NCBI GenBank assembly: GCA_964584225.1
Contig: CAZOZG010000001.1
Location: 21,652 to 85,651 of the forward strand
Reading direction: 5' to 3'
From: an uncultured Candidatus Saccharibacteria bacterium
GTDB lineage: Bacteria; Patescibacteriota; Minisyncoccia; Phycocordibacterales; UBA2100
Length of the DNA: 64,000 nucleotides
Position 1 is the first letter of the stretch. The number at the start of each line of letters is the position of its first letter. The position numbers and the translations under genes are program-made. Shown in pieces: positions 16,983 to 26,130 of this stretch. Below the pieces are notes generated by a model. That model ran no database searches, was not told the DNA's origin, and saw only the letters and a program-made list of their open reading frames with translations.

Positions 16983-18572
16983 ATGATGCGGCCAGTGTTT
17001 TTTTCTGTGCTCGGCGGGCTTCTGCTCGGGATAGGGTTTGTCGTCCCAATCGTGTGGACGCTCGTTTTTTTTGGGTTCATCCCTCTTTTGTATGCACTCA
17101 GCGAGGCGCGCTCAGATGCGCACGCCTTTGGACTTGGCTGGTGCAGTGGCTTCGCTCTCTACGGTTGCGCGATTTTTGGAATCTTTTGGTTCACGTTGCC
17201 GCTCGATTGGCTCGGTGTGTTTCCGTTGTGGTTTCAGATCGTGCTCGTCGGGATCAGCTGGTCGCTGACGAGCTCAGGGCTCGCGCTTTCCGTCGGGCTT
17301 TTTGCGGTCGTCGTTCGGCGTCTCAGCAGCGACTCATGGCACGATGTTTTTATCGTTCCCGCAGCGTGGGTACTGTGCGAGTGGCTCGCCATGTGGGAAT
17401 TCAGTATTCAAAACGCAGGCAATGGCTCGATTCTCGGGGCTCATTTTGGGCTCGGACAACTGGGGAATCTGGTCGCGCACGACGACGTACTGCTGCAGCT
17501 TGCGTCGCTTGGTGGCGTCTATATATTGAGCGCGCTCGTTCCGATTGTCGGCGTTTTGCTGTATCGACTGCGGTGCACGCACGGCTCAGAGCGCCGCGCC
17601 ATCGTCAACGTGATCGCGATCGTCGTCGTTGTGTGGGTGATGGGCTACGCGTTTTTGGAGCGCACCCCGAGTGCGCCTGCGGGCGCACTCGGGGTGCGCG
17701 TCGCACTCGTCTCCACCCAGGAGCCGCCGATTTTTCATCCGTCGGCCGATGACGCCAAAAAAAGTTTTGAGACGGTGAAAACGATACTGCCACGTGGAGA
17801 GGGAAGCGACATCGTCGTGCTTCCTGAAAGCACAGAATTTTTGAATTATTATCGCGCCGTTGATGGCCCCCTATTCGCGCAACACGTCGCCGAACTCTTG
17901 GGCACGAGTTCACCCATCCTGATCGATTCAGACACGATACAGGTCGTTGGCGGTTCGCTTGAATCGCAACTCGAACTCTATGATCCCACGACGCGTGAGT
18001 CGATCAAGAGTTATAAATATTTCTTGCTGCCAGATGGTGAGTACGTTCCTTCGATGTACAACGTTCTCATTCCACTCCTCGGTCAAGGTGCGGCTCTGAA
18101 GGCAGTCGCGCAATATCGTACGTTCGAACACGCGCTTGCACCGGCGCCTCTTTTTGTTCGCAATACATCGCTCGGCGTGCTCTTTTGCAATGAGACAATG
18201 AGTCCGACCTTGTATGCCTCGCTCGCTCTACATGGTGCGTCGGTCTTTATCAACGTCGCTGCGCACAGCTGGTTCCATGGGTCACGTGTCGTCGCCGAAC
18301 AAATGCTAGAAGCTGCAAAAATTCGTGCTGTCGAAAGTCGCCGTTGGTACGCGCAAGCGACTGACGTTGCGCCGTCGTTTGTCCTTGATCCGTATGGTCG
18401 CGTGGCGACGTCGTCAGCGTGGGGGAGTGTCGGACTCGTCAACGCCGTGGTGTATCCGCGCACCGACAGCACGCCCTACAGTGCGTTTCCTCTGTGGCCA
18501 TTGATTCTATGCACAGTTCTTATACTCGCGCGGTTTGGACGTGGCAGAAGGCGTGAGAAAATGGACGCATGA
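16983..18572 (+). CDS. lnt: apolipoprotein N-acyltransferase-like (Lnt-like: N-terminal polytopic domain plus C-terminal CN-hydrolase domain)
   Basis: About 8 N-terminal TM helices, then a nitrilase-fold region with VVLPE, a K-containing segment and LGVLFCNE (candidate E-K-C triad). Confidence 0.55.
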   Translation: MMRPVFFSVLGGLLLGIGFVVPIVWTLVFFGFIPLLYALSEARSDAHAFGLGWCSGFALYGCAIFGIFWFTLPLDWLGVFPLWFQIVLVGISWSLTSSGLALSVGLFAVVVRRLSSDSWHDVFIVPAAWVLCEWLAMWEFSIQNAGNGSILGAHFGLGQLGNLVAHDDVLLQLASLGGVYILSALVPIVGVLLYRLRCTHGSERRAIVNVIAIVVVVWVMGYAFLERTPSAPAGALGVRVALVSTQEPPIFHPSADDAKKSFETVKTILPRGEGSDIVVLPESTEFLNYYRAVDGPLFAQHVAELLGTSSPILIDSDTIQVVGGSLESQLELYDPTTRESIKSYKYFLLPDGEYVPSMYNVLIPLLGQGAALKAVAQYRTFEHALAPAPLFVRNTSLGVLFCNETMSPTLYASLALHGASVFINVAAHSWFHGSRVVAEQMLEAAKIRAVESRRWYAQATDVAPSFVLDPYGRVATSSAWGSVGLVNAVVYPRTDSTPYSAFPLWPLILCTVLILARFGRGRRREKMDA

Positions 18573-18814
18573 AAGCGCGAGCGACCCTCCCGGGGTTGAT
18601 TGTCCTGTGCGGATTTCTTCTTTCGTACGCGATTGTCGCCGCTGGCGGCAAAGGTGGGGGAGGTGGCTACGTCCCGCCGCCGCCGCCAGCCGCGTGTTGC
18701 TCCACCTACTACTATTGCAGCGGCAACGACTTAGGTAAGCACCACGCAGATTGCACTGACTCTGTCATTCAGACATGTCCGGACGGCTGCAGAAACAGCG
18801 CGTGTAATCCATAG
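18569..18814 (+). CDS. small secreted Cys-rich protein (signal peptide, poly-Gly/Pro, YYCSGNDL...TC..GC..C module)
   Basis: 81 aa; ATGA overlap with the lnt stop; shares the Cys module with 18819, 41628 and 51355. Confidence 0.45.
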   Translation: MKARATLPGLIVLCGFLLSYAIVAAGGKGGGGGYVPPPPPAACCSTYYYCSGNDLGKHHADCTDSVIQTCPDGCRNSACNP

Positions 18815-18818
18815 TCAT

Positions 18819-20963
18819 ATGCGCCTGCGTTACGCACTCATCGGTTCACTTCTCCTCATGCCGCTCGTGGCATTTGCGGGAGGAAAAGGCGGCTACGCGC
18901 AAGGCTACTACCAGGGCTACTACGCACCGCCGTGTCATGACCCGTACTACTATTGTACTGGCAATGATTTGTACGAAAAATTGACCGACGACACCGACCA
19001 ATTCGTCAAAACGTGCGCCAATGGTTGTAACAGTGCGACAGGTGCGTGTATTGACGAAAACCCACCGCAGCCCGTGACCTACACGCCGCCAAGCTGCACG
19101 ATCACATTCGACAAAAATCCCGTGGCACCCGGAGAAAGTACGACCATGCATTGGAGTTCCAGCAATGCGTATTCGATGTACATCAATACGGTTGGTTATG
19201 TCGACCCGTCCGGCTCGGCAACGGTGAACGTCAATCAGACCACCGACCTTTCGGGCGTTGCGACTGGATACAATGCGCCCGCAGGAGCGCCAGCGCCAAC
19301 AAATCAGACGAGCGCGCCGCCGCCCCCGTCGAACACCGTTACCTTCACGACACCGGGCACGTACGAATACACCTGGACGGCACCGACTGGCGTCACGCAA
19401 GTGCACGCGACAGTCGTCGGCGGCGGCGGCGGCGGCGCGGGCGGCCAGGCGCCCGACGACGATGGAGGCTGCGATTGTATTTTGGGCTCGGGCGGCGGGG
19501 CGGGTGGCGCACAGATTAATGAAACCATCAGCGTGACGCCAGGTCAGACGTATCAAGTTATTGTCGGACGAGGTGGTCTCGGTGGTATTCATCGCTCGGT
19601 GTCGTACTGCCCGAGTACCTTCCCCGGCGCGAACGGTGGTGATTCGTCGTTTGGCACGCTCGTAGCGCATGGAGGACAAGCAGGATCCGGCATTTACACA
19701 GGCGGAGCTGGTGGCACGCCAGGCGGGACTGCGGGCTGCGGCGGCACACTCTACTCTGGCGGCTCGAGCTGCGGCGGCACGAACGCCACTTCTCACGGAG
19801 CTGGCGGCACGGGCGGCGGCTGCTACGTCAACGGAGGTAATGGCGCTGATGGCTACGTTTCAATCTCGTGGGACTCGCCTGCGCCTTCTACCGAAACGCC
19901 ACCACCCAACAGCGTGTCTGTCTCGTGTGCGGCAGTGCTCACAACTGATGCCTCACTCGCGCCGTCGGCCCGCATCAGAGCTGACTCAGTCATTGTTGCG
20001 CTTGGTGATTCGATTGGCGTCCACGCCGATTACACCGTCGGCACAGGTGATACCTTAGGATCATCGCGTATCGATTCGCCAGAAGGTAACGCAGTGACCG
20101 GTAGTTCTGCGCTTGCGCATCGCGACTACAGCTTTGCTCCGGCGGTCACCGGTCTTTACACGTTCTTTGCTCGACTCGCGAGCGCAAAATTCCCGACACT
20201 CAAGACATACGATTCGGTCGGGGTACAAGTCTCAGAGAACACGGCGTGTGGCAGCGGTCAGTATTTCGCGACTGATCAGCCCTACGGTGGAGAATGTATT
20301 TGTAAAATAAATAACGCGTTGCCGATCAATGGGCAGTGCGAGTCGTCGTGCACGCTCGGCCAGCACTCCTCAGGCGGCGTATGCTTGTGCGACAACAATG
20401 ACACTGCCCCCGTTTTTGGTGAGTGTCATATGTGCACGGTGGGTACGCCAGTGTGCGCCGGGCCCGATGTCGATGGTGACAGCATCGGTGACAGCATCGC
20501 GCACATTTCAAATGCGCTCACATGTGCCGTAGATACTAGCAACCTCACTGCCTGCAGCAGCGGCTATCACTGCGTATCGGGTCAATGCACACATATGCCA
20601 CCGACTGCGTACTTCCGCGCGCTTCCTGGTGTTGTCGCGAAAGGTAACGCGTCGTCGCTTGCGTGGTTTGCCGCTGGCGTGCAGCCAAGCTCGTGCTCGG
20701 TCACGGGCCCCAACGGTCAAGCCTTTAGTTCGGTCGCGATTGGATCGGCACAAGCCTCCGGCAGTAGCACCGGCGCATGCTCGAGTGCGAACACAAGTTG
20801 CCCGCTCGGCTCTGTGTGTTTGGGGACGCAGTGCATCAACGCGCAACCGACAGCGGCTATCACGTCGCGCAGCACGTTCAATCTTGCGTGCACCGGGCTC
20901 GATGGCACTCCGCTGCGTCAAAGTGTGACGATTGGTATCGCGCCCACACATAGTGAGCACTAA
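18819..20963 (+). CDS. large secreted glycine-rich cell-surface protein (714 aa)
   Basis: Signal peptide; Cys module; CTITFDKNP Ig-like domain; Gly-rich beta-type domain (TPGTYEYTWTAPTGVTQVHATVVGGGGGG...VSISW); C-terminal Ig-like domain ending PTHSEH. Confidence 0.7.
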   Translation: MRLRYALIGSLLLMPLVAFAGGKGGYAQGYYQGYYAPPCHDPYYYCTGNDLYEKLTDDTDQFVKTCANGCNSATGACIDENPPQPVTYTPPSCTITFDKNPVAPGESTTMHWSSSNAYSMYINTVGYVDPSGSATVNVNQTTDLSGVATGYNAPAGAPAPTNQTSAPPPPSNTVTFTTPGTYEYTWTAPTGVTQVHATVVGGGGGGAGGQAPDDDGGCDCILGSGGGAGGAQINETISVTPGQTYQVIVGRGGLGGIHRSVSYCPSTFPGANGGDSSFGTLVAHGGQAGSGIYTGGAGGTPGGTAGCGGTLYSGGSSCGGTNATSHGAGGTGGGCYVNGGNGADGYVSISWDSPAPSTETPPPNSVSVSCAAVLTTDASLAPSARIRADSVIVALGDSIGVHADYTVGTGDTLGSSRIDSPEGNAVTGSSALAHRDYSFAPAVTGLYTFFARLASAKFPTLKTYDSVGVQVSENTACGSGQYFATDQPYGGECICKINNALPINGQCESSCTLGQHSSGGVCLCDNNDTAPVFGECHMCTVGTPVCAGPDVDGDSIGDSIAHISNALTCAVDTSNLTACSSGYHCVSGQCTHMPPTAYFRALPGVVAKGNASSLAWFAAGVQPSSCSVTGPNGQAFSSVAIGSAQASGSSTGACSSANTSCPLGSVCLGTQCINAQPTAAITSRSTFNLACTGLDGTPLRQSVTIGIAPTHSEH

Positions 20964-21013
20964 ACTGTTAATAGCGAGGGTCGAAGAGAAAATTTGTCGG
21001 TACAATAAGACGC

Positions 21014-21472
21014 ATGTATCACAAGGCGCTCTATGGGGGCCTCGCGATTTGCCTGTTACTCATCGCTATCATCATTTGGTTGTCGTACGCGTCCCAAACG
21101 GCGCCAGGCAGTACCGGTGTCACTTCCCCTCAAACCGCCGCTCACTCTTTGTCGAACAGTCCAGCCCCGAAACCTGGCGGCTTTCAGCTTTTGATTTCAT
21201 ATACCGAGAGCGGCTTCCAGCCCGCGATCGCACACGTGAAGCCAGGTAACACCGTTCGTTTTACAAATAATTCTTCGGGCACGTTGTGGGTCAGTGCATA
21301 CGGCAGAAATGTGTATCCACGCGAATCATCAAGTTGCGGTCAGAGCGCGCTCGATTCCTGCAAAGCGATCGCGCGCGGCGCGTTTTGGGAGTTTACGCTC
21401 AAAAATGCCGGTACCTGGTTGTATCAGAACAAAAATGACACCAGCAAAAACGGAAGCATCGTTGTGAAATGA
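21014..21472 (+). CDS. hypothetical membrane-anchored protein (possible cupredoxin-like beta domain)
   Basis: N-terminal TM; C-terminal PAIAHVKPGNTVRFTNNSSGTLWV beta-rich pattern. Confidence 0.35.
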   Translation: MYHKALYGGLAICLLLIAIIIWLSYASQTAPGSTGVTSPQTAAHSLSNSPAPKPGGFQLLISYTESGFQPAIAHVKPGNTVRFTNNSSGTLWVSAYGRNVYPRESSSCGQSALDSCKAIARGAFWEFTLKNAGTWLYQNKNDTSKNGSIVVK

Positions 21473-21473
21473 T

Positions 21474-24329
21474 ATGAAACACGTCATACACAATCTGTCA
21501 GTCGTCGTCCTTGGTCTCGGTTTCCTCATCGTGCCTTCGCTTCTGTATGCATATGGCGAAGGGAATTACTACAGCGAGGGGTATTACTATAGCCAATCGT
21601 ATTACGAAGGATTTTATTACAGCCAGGGTTCATACTCATCCAACGCGAAAAGTTGTGATCAGACATTTTCAACACCCGGTCCCGGTACATTTACTGTCCC
21701 AGCAGGTGTCACATCGCTTCGAGTAGTCGCAGTCGGCGGTGGCGGTGGCGGTGGCGCGGGTGCCGGCGGTTGGGGAAGTGGCGGTGGCGGTGGTTGCAGC
21801 GGGGCGGTAGTGGGAAACACGCTCACCGTTACACCTGGGCAAGCAATCCCAGTCTATGTTGGTTATGGCGGAGCAGGAGGTAATGGCGCCGGTCAGTGCA
21901 CTATCTCAGGGTTTCCATGGTGCGGTTCGTATAATCCAAGCACAAATGGTTCTACAGGCGGTGATTCTGGGTTTGGCTCAATCGTTGCGCACGGCGGAAG
22001 CTGGGGAAGGACGGGATTTTACAATCTGTTCAATCAATATCCGGGTGGTAGTGGAGGCGGCTCTGGCGGTGGCGGGGGAGGAAACGGCTGGCCAGGGTTT
22101 TATGCACAAGCTGGAAATGGAGGAATGGCGGGCGGACAGACAAATAGCCAAGGTGCCGGTGGATATTGCACGGGAGGTGGTTGGGGCTGGAACGGTACGT
22201 CGCTCATCAAACAGGTCCCGTATGCAGCTGGCCAGGGGGGCACTGTCGGCGGCGGGTACTACGGTGGCGGCGGTGGCGGCGGACTCATTTTGAACGGCAG
22301 CAGCATCAAGGGCGGTGACGGCCAGTCAAGCCCCGGTAACGGCGGCGTCGGCTACGGAGCGGGCGGCGGCGGTTCGAATCTCGACAACACTGGCGTCGGC
22401 GGCAGTGGGGCACAAGGCATAGTCTACGTTGAATGGGATCCATCTTCGTCTGGTTCGTGTTCTGCGCCACCACCACCCCCTCCGCCGACGGCGCAATGCT
22501 CAATCACATTTGATAAAAATCCAATCAATTTCGGCGATGGCACTACTATTCATTGGACGTCGAACGGAGGTGATCTCTACATCAACAACATCGGATACGT
22601 GAATGCAACAGGGACGGCCGTCGTCCAGCCAGCGACGACGACTGATTATTCAGGAGTTGTCTCCTCCAGCACCTCACTGGCATTCGCGCCGTCTCAGCGA
22701 GGAAAAGTCGCCGGCGCCGGGTCGCAATCGTACATAACGCCGGGCACCTATCAGTTCACGATTCCGAATTACACCGGGACGCTCACGGCCACAGTAAACG
22801 GCGCCGGGGGAGCAGGCGGCTGGGGAGGTTGCGGCGTCGATTCCGGTGGATCAAATCAGTGTCTATATGGCGCAGGCCAAGGAGTCGCATCTGGTTCAGG
22901 CGAGTCGTCTTCATTTGGGTCGGCCATGGCGGGTGGCGGCGGAAATGGTGCCGAAGGTGGGAGGGGTATTACTAGCGACCCTTGTAATGGAGGACCCGGC
23001 GCAGATGGCAACCCGGGAACAGGGACTGTCTCTGGCGGAGGCGCTCTCGGCGGCGGAGGGGGCGATGGATACACAGGAGGATGGTGCAACGGAGGAAAAG
23101 GAGGCACGGGAGGATCTGGAGGTAAGACGACTCAAACATTCACTACGTCTACACTTGCACCCGGGTCCACTGTGACAGTCGTCGTTGGTGCAGGTGGCAT
23201 CGGCTGGGTGGGGTATTGCAATCAGACTTGTGCCGGTTCTGGCCAAAACGGCTCCGTCTCAATCTCCTGGACAGACGCATCAAACCCACCTCCACCCACC
23301 TGCTCCAACGGTCTCAATATCAGCCAATATCCCAGTTGCTCTTGCCCGAGCGGGCAGTCCCAAAGTGGTTCGACGTGTGTGGCGCCCGCGGCACCGAAAG
23401 TTGTTGCAACCTGCCCCGTCACCCTCACCGTCAACAAACCCACAACTCCCACTGCACACATCAGTGCCGATTTCACGAAGCTCACCGTGGGTGAAACCAC
23501 CGGGATCCACGCAGACTTCTCAGCGGGCTCGGGAGATGCAATCGCGGAAGACAACATCGATTCGCCGGAGGGGACGGGCCTTGGTGCGACGACCAACCCT
23601 GATTCGCGCAAAGACATCACCTTCACCGCGTCCACGACGGGGACCTACACCTTCTACGCGCGCATGCGCACGGCAAATTTTCCCGAGTGGAAGTCGTACG
23701 ACAGTGTCACGATCACGGTCTCACCGTCGGCTGAATGCAATACGAACAACGACTGCGCGACCGATGAAATTTGTTCGACATCATCGATGTGCGAATTCCT
23801 CGATTGCGGTGTCGATACCAACATGCATGCAGAAAATCACGAGTGTGTCTGTGATGCCAATTACGCACTCGGCAGCGACAATATCTGCCACCTCGAATGC
23901 ATCGATGCATTTATCTGTGCCAACGCCGACGGCACGCCAGACCCGGGTGGCACCTACAGCGCTCACCAGGATACGAGCTGCACGCTCGGCGCACCGCAGT
24001 TATGTCAGTACGGATGTCTCAATGGCATTTGTGAAAGTCCAACACCGGCCTTTACCTTCAGAATTGTCCCAAGCGCAGTCGTCAAAGGAAACACGACGAC
24101 AATCATCTGGAATGCGACGCATGTGAGTTCCTGTACACTCACTGGTGACAACACAGACGCGTGGAGTTGCGACGATACTGCCTCCTGCACGACGCTTCAT
24201 ACCGTCACCACCGCTCCGATCCAGGGCAAGACGACCTACACACTTTCGTGTCTGCCGCTTGCCGGTCAGCCAGCGATTCCTGATCAAAAGAAGGCAGTCA
24301 CTGTCACGCCCACGCATAGCGAACACTAG
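21474..24329 (+). CDS. giant secreted glycine-rich cell-surface protein (951 aa), paralog of 18819-20963
   Basis: Signal peptide plus Tyr-rich low complexity; CSITFDKNP domain; two Gly-rich domains; PPPP linker; shared central domain (IDSPEG...YTFYARM); Cys-rich EGF-like segment; C-terminal domain ending PTHSEH. Confidence 0.7.
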   Translation: MKHVIHNLSVVVLGLGFLIVPSLLYAYGEGNYYSEGYYYSQSYYEGFYYSQGSYSSNAKSCDQTFSTPGPGTFTVPAGVTSLRVVAVGGGGGGGAGAGGWGSGGGGGCSGAVVGNTLTVTPGQAIPVYVGYGGAGGNGAGQCTISGFPWCGSYNPSTNGSTGGDSGFGSIVAHGGSWGRTGFYNLFNQYPGGSGGGSGGGGGGNGWPGFYAQAGNGGMAGGQTNSQGAGGYCTGGGWGWNGTSLIKQVPYAAGQGGTVGGGYYGGGGGGGLILNGSSIKGGDGQSSPGNGGVGYGAGGGGSNLDNTGVGGSGAQGIVYVEWDPSSSGSCSAPPPPPPPTAQCSITFDKNPINFGDGTTIHWTSNGGDLYINNIGYVNATGTAVVQPATTTDYSGVVSSSTSLAFAPSQRGKVAGAGSQSYITPGTYQFTIPNYTGTLTATVNGAGGAGGWGGCGVDSGGSNQCLYGAGQGVASGSGESSSFGSAMAGGGGNGAEGGRGITSDPCNGGPGADGNPGTGTVSGGGALGGGGGDGYTGGWCNGGKGGTGGSGGKTTQTFTTSTLAPGSTVTVVVGAGGIGWVGYCNQTCAGSGQNGSVSISWTDASNPPPPTCSNGLNISQYPSCSCPSGQSQSGSTCVAPAAPKVVATCPVTLTVNKPTTPTAHISADFTKLTVGETTGIHADFSAGSGDAIAEDNIDSPEGTGLGATTNPDSRKDITFTASTTGTYTFYARMRTANFPEWKSYDSVTITVSPSAECNTNNDCATDEICSTSSMCEFLDCGVDTNMHAENHECVCDANYALGSDNICHLECIDAFICANADGTPDPGGTYSAHQDTSCTLGAPQLCQYGCLNGICESPTPAFTFRIVPSAVVKGNTTTIIWNATHVSSCTLTGDNTDAWSCDDTASCTTLHTVTTAPIQGKTTYTLSCLPLAGQPAIPDQKKAVTVTPTHSEH

Positions 24330-24377
24330 CCTGTGCATATCTCACTGTTGCTCCTCGCGCGTTGGTACAATGGTTCC

Positions 24378-24761
24378 ATGATGGTTCACGTGCGTCACAC
24401 GCTCATCGCCGCATTCACTGCGCTCTTCGTTGCGGCGGTCATCGTCCCGGTGCTCGCACACGCACAAGAGACCGATCTAAAGACAGCGATTCGCGCCGCG
24501 ATCAGCGCCGACGCACGATCTGCTCACCTCACCTCCGCGCAGCTTGATGCCTTGGCGACTGCGCTCACGACACAAGCACAGTCCAACGGTGTGACAGCGC
24601 AAGATATCGAGTGGAAGCCGACGAGCGCCCTTTCGCCCGCACCCGTCTCCAATGGCTCAGACATGACTGGTCTATGGATGTTGACGCTTTTCTTTGCATC
24701 CATGCTCGGCCTTGCGACTATCGCAGCGATGATGGAGCAATCAAAAGCACAAATGGCGTAA
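24378..24761 (+). CDS. hypothetical protein with N- and C-terminal hydrophobic segments
   Basis: 128 aa; Ala-rich helical middle. Confidence 0.35.
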   Translation: MMVHVRHTLIAAFTALFVAAVIVPVLAHAQETDLKTAIRAAISADARSAHLTSAQLDALATALTTQAQSNGVTAQDIEWKPTSALSPAPVSNGSDMTGLWMLTLFFASMLGLATIAAMMEQSKAQMA

Positions 24762-24783
24762 GTGTCCTTCGGGGTCGGGACCT

Positions 24784-26052
24784 ATGATAACGAACGAAGC
24801 GCTCGATTTTATACGGCAGCAGCGAGCTCAGGGTATTGCTGACAACGATATTAAGGGTGCGCTCGCGCGAAGTGGGTGGAAACCGGAGGATATAAATGAG
24901 GCGTTTGTCGCGGCGGCGCAGCCTGCGGCTGCGCCGCCGCCCGCATCCCCAATTGCCGGCGGTGAAAAACCACTTTCCGTTGGCTCATTTATCGGCACGT
25001 CGTGGGAGATCTTCAAGAAACGTCCGTGGTTTTTGATCGGTGTGTGGCTTTTGTCGACCATCGGTTTCTTCGCCGTATCCGGCATATCAAGCGGCATCAC
25101 GACATCCATCGGACACGGGGCGCAATTCATCAGCCTCGTCGTCAATTGGATCATCCAGATTCTCTACGGCATGGGATTGATCGCGTTCTTTTTGAAGGCA
25201 CACGACGACATTAATGCTGTTTCGTTTAAAGATCTCTGGCATCCAAGAAAGTTTTGGAGTTATGTCGGCGCCTACGCACTCTACATCATCGCGATTCTCG
25301 TCGGATACATCCTGCTTCTCGTTCCTGGCGTGATTGCGATGATCGCCTTTTTCTTCGCTCCATACTTTGTCATTGATAAAGGCATGGGTCCCATCGAGGC
25401 GATGAAAGCATCAGCTCGCATCACGAAAGGCAATCGTCTCCGCTTGCTTGCGCTTTTTGGCGCGTGCGGATTACTCGCACTCCTGGGCTTCATTGCACTG
25501 ATTGTTGGAATACTGGTCGTCATCCCAGTCGTCTCACTTATCTACGTGAATGCATACCGAAGGCTCTCGGCGGCAGCGGATGCAAAGATGCCACGGCAAA
25601 AGCTCACCGGCGGCGAGCTCACACTCGTTATTCTCGGGTGTCTCATACCGGGCGCCGTTGCCGTCATCGGTCTTTTGGCTTCGGTCGTCCTCGTGAGTCT
25701 GAATTCTGCGCGTGAAAAAGGCCGCGACGCGATACGATTTTCTGACGTGAAACAACTCGAAATAGCGCTTACGCTCTATCAAGATCAAAACAATTCGTAT
25801 CCCGCGACGCTCGAGTTGCTGCAGCCGGATTTCATTGCTGCCGTACCGACTGACCCGCAAACAAATCAATCGTTTGACTATGAACCTGCCGCGGATGGCA
25901 AATCCTACCAATTGTGTACCACCTACGAGACATCGACATCGTACGACAAATGCGTCTCTTCGGATGATGGTGGTGTATCGCCAGGCGCCACAAACACGAC
26001 AGACTCCACCGGCACATCTGCGTCGCCACTCGATACGACCCCGACACTGTAA
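24784..26052 (+). CDS. membrane protein with DUF975/GDPD-membrane-like core and an internal pseudopilin-like (type IV pilin N-terminal-like) segment
   Basis: Polytopic core; then TM LTLVILGCLIPGAVAVIGLLASVVLVSL followed by NSAREKGRDAIRFSDVKQLEIALTLYQDQNNSYP, which closely resembles the post-cleavage helix of pilins/pseudopilins; Ser/Thr-rich tail. Confidence 0.5.
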   Translation: MITNEALDFIRQQRAQGIADNDIKGALARSGWKPEDINEAFVAAAQPAAAPPPASPIAGGEKPLSVGSFIGTSWEIFKKRPWFLIGVWLLSTIGFFAVSGISSGITTSIGHGAQFISLVVNWIIQILYGMGLIAFFLKAHDDINAVSFKDLWHPRKFWSYVGAYALYIIAILVGYILLLVPGVIAMIAFFFAPYFVIDKGMGPIEAMKASARITKGNRLRLLALFGACGLLALLGFIALIVGILVVIPVVSLIYVNAYRRLSAAADAKMPRQKLTGGELTLVILGCLIPGAVAVIGLLASVVLVSLNSAREKGRDAIRFSDVKQLEIALTLYQDQNNSYPATLELLQPDFIAAVPTDPQTNQSFDYEPAADGKSYQLCTTYETSTSYDKCVSSDDGGVSPGATNTTDSTGTSASPLDTTPTL

Positions 26053-26056
26053 TTTG

Positions 26057-26085
26057 CATTTTGTAGTTGCTTCGCGTATAGTGCC
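26057..26085 (+). promoter_or_regulatory. sigma70-like promoter TTGCAT-17-TATAGT upstream of rplC
   Basis: Good -35/-10 match with 17-nt spacer. Confidence 0.45.
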
Positions 26086-26130
26086 TCGCACGCCATGTCC
26101 CCATAGGGACCAATAGCGAGGCAGAGAGCT

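Noticed and set aside
16318-17049. 243-aa minus-strand ORF antisense to rpsJ and the lnt start
   Set aside because: Antisense to a highly confident S10 gene and promoter; Arg-rich junk composition.
18846-19796. 316-aa minus-strand ORF (and others such as 23185-24126 +) inside the giant Gly-rich genes
   Set aside because: Arg/Ala-rich junk frames, typical of GC-rich Gly-codon repeats (GGC/GGT read antisense). They are fully contained in much better supported long ORFs.
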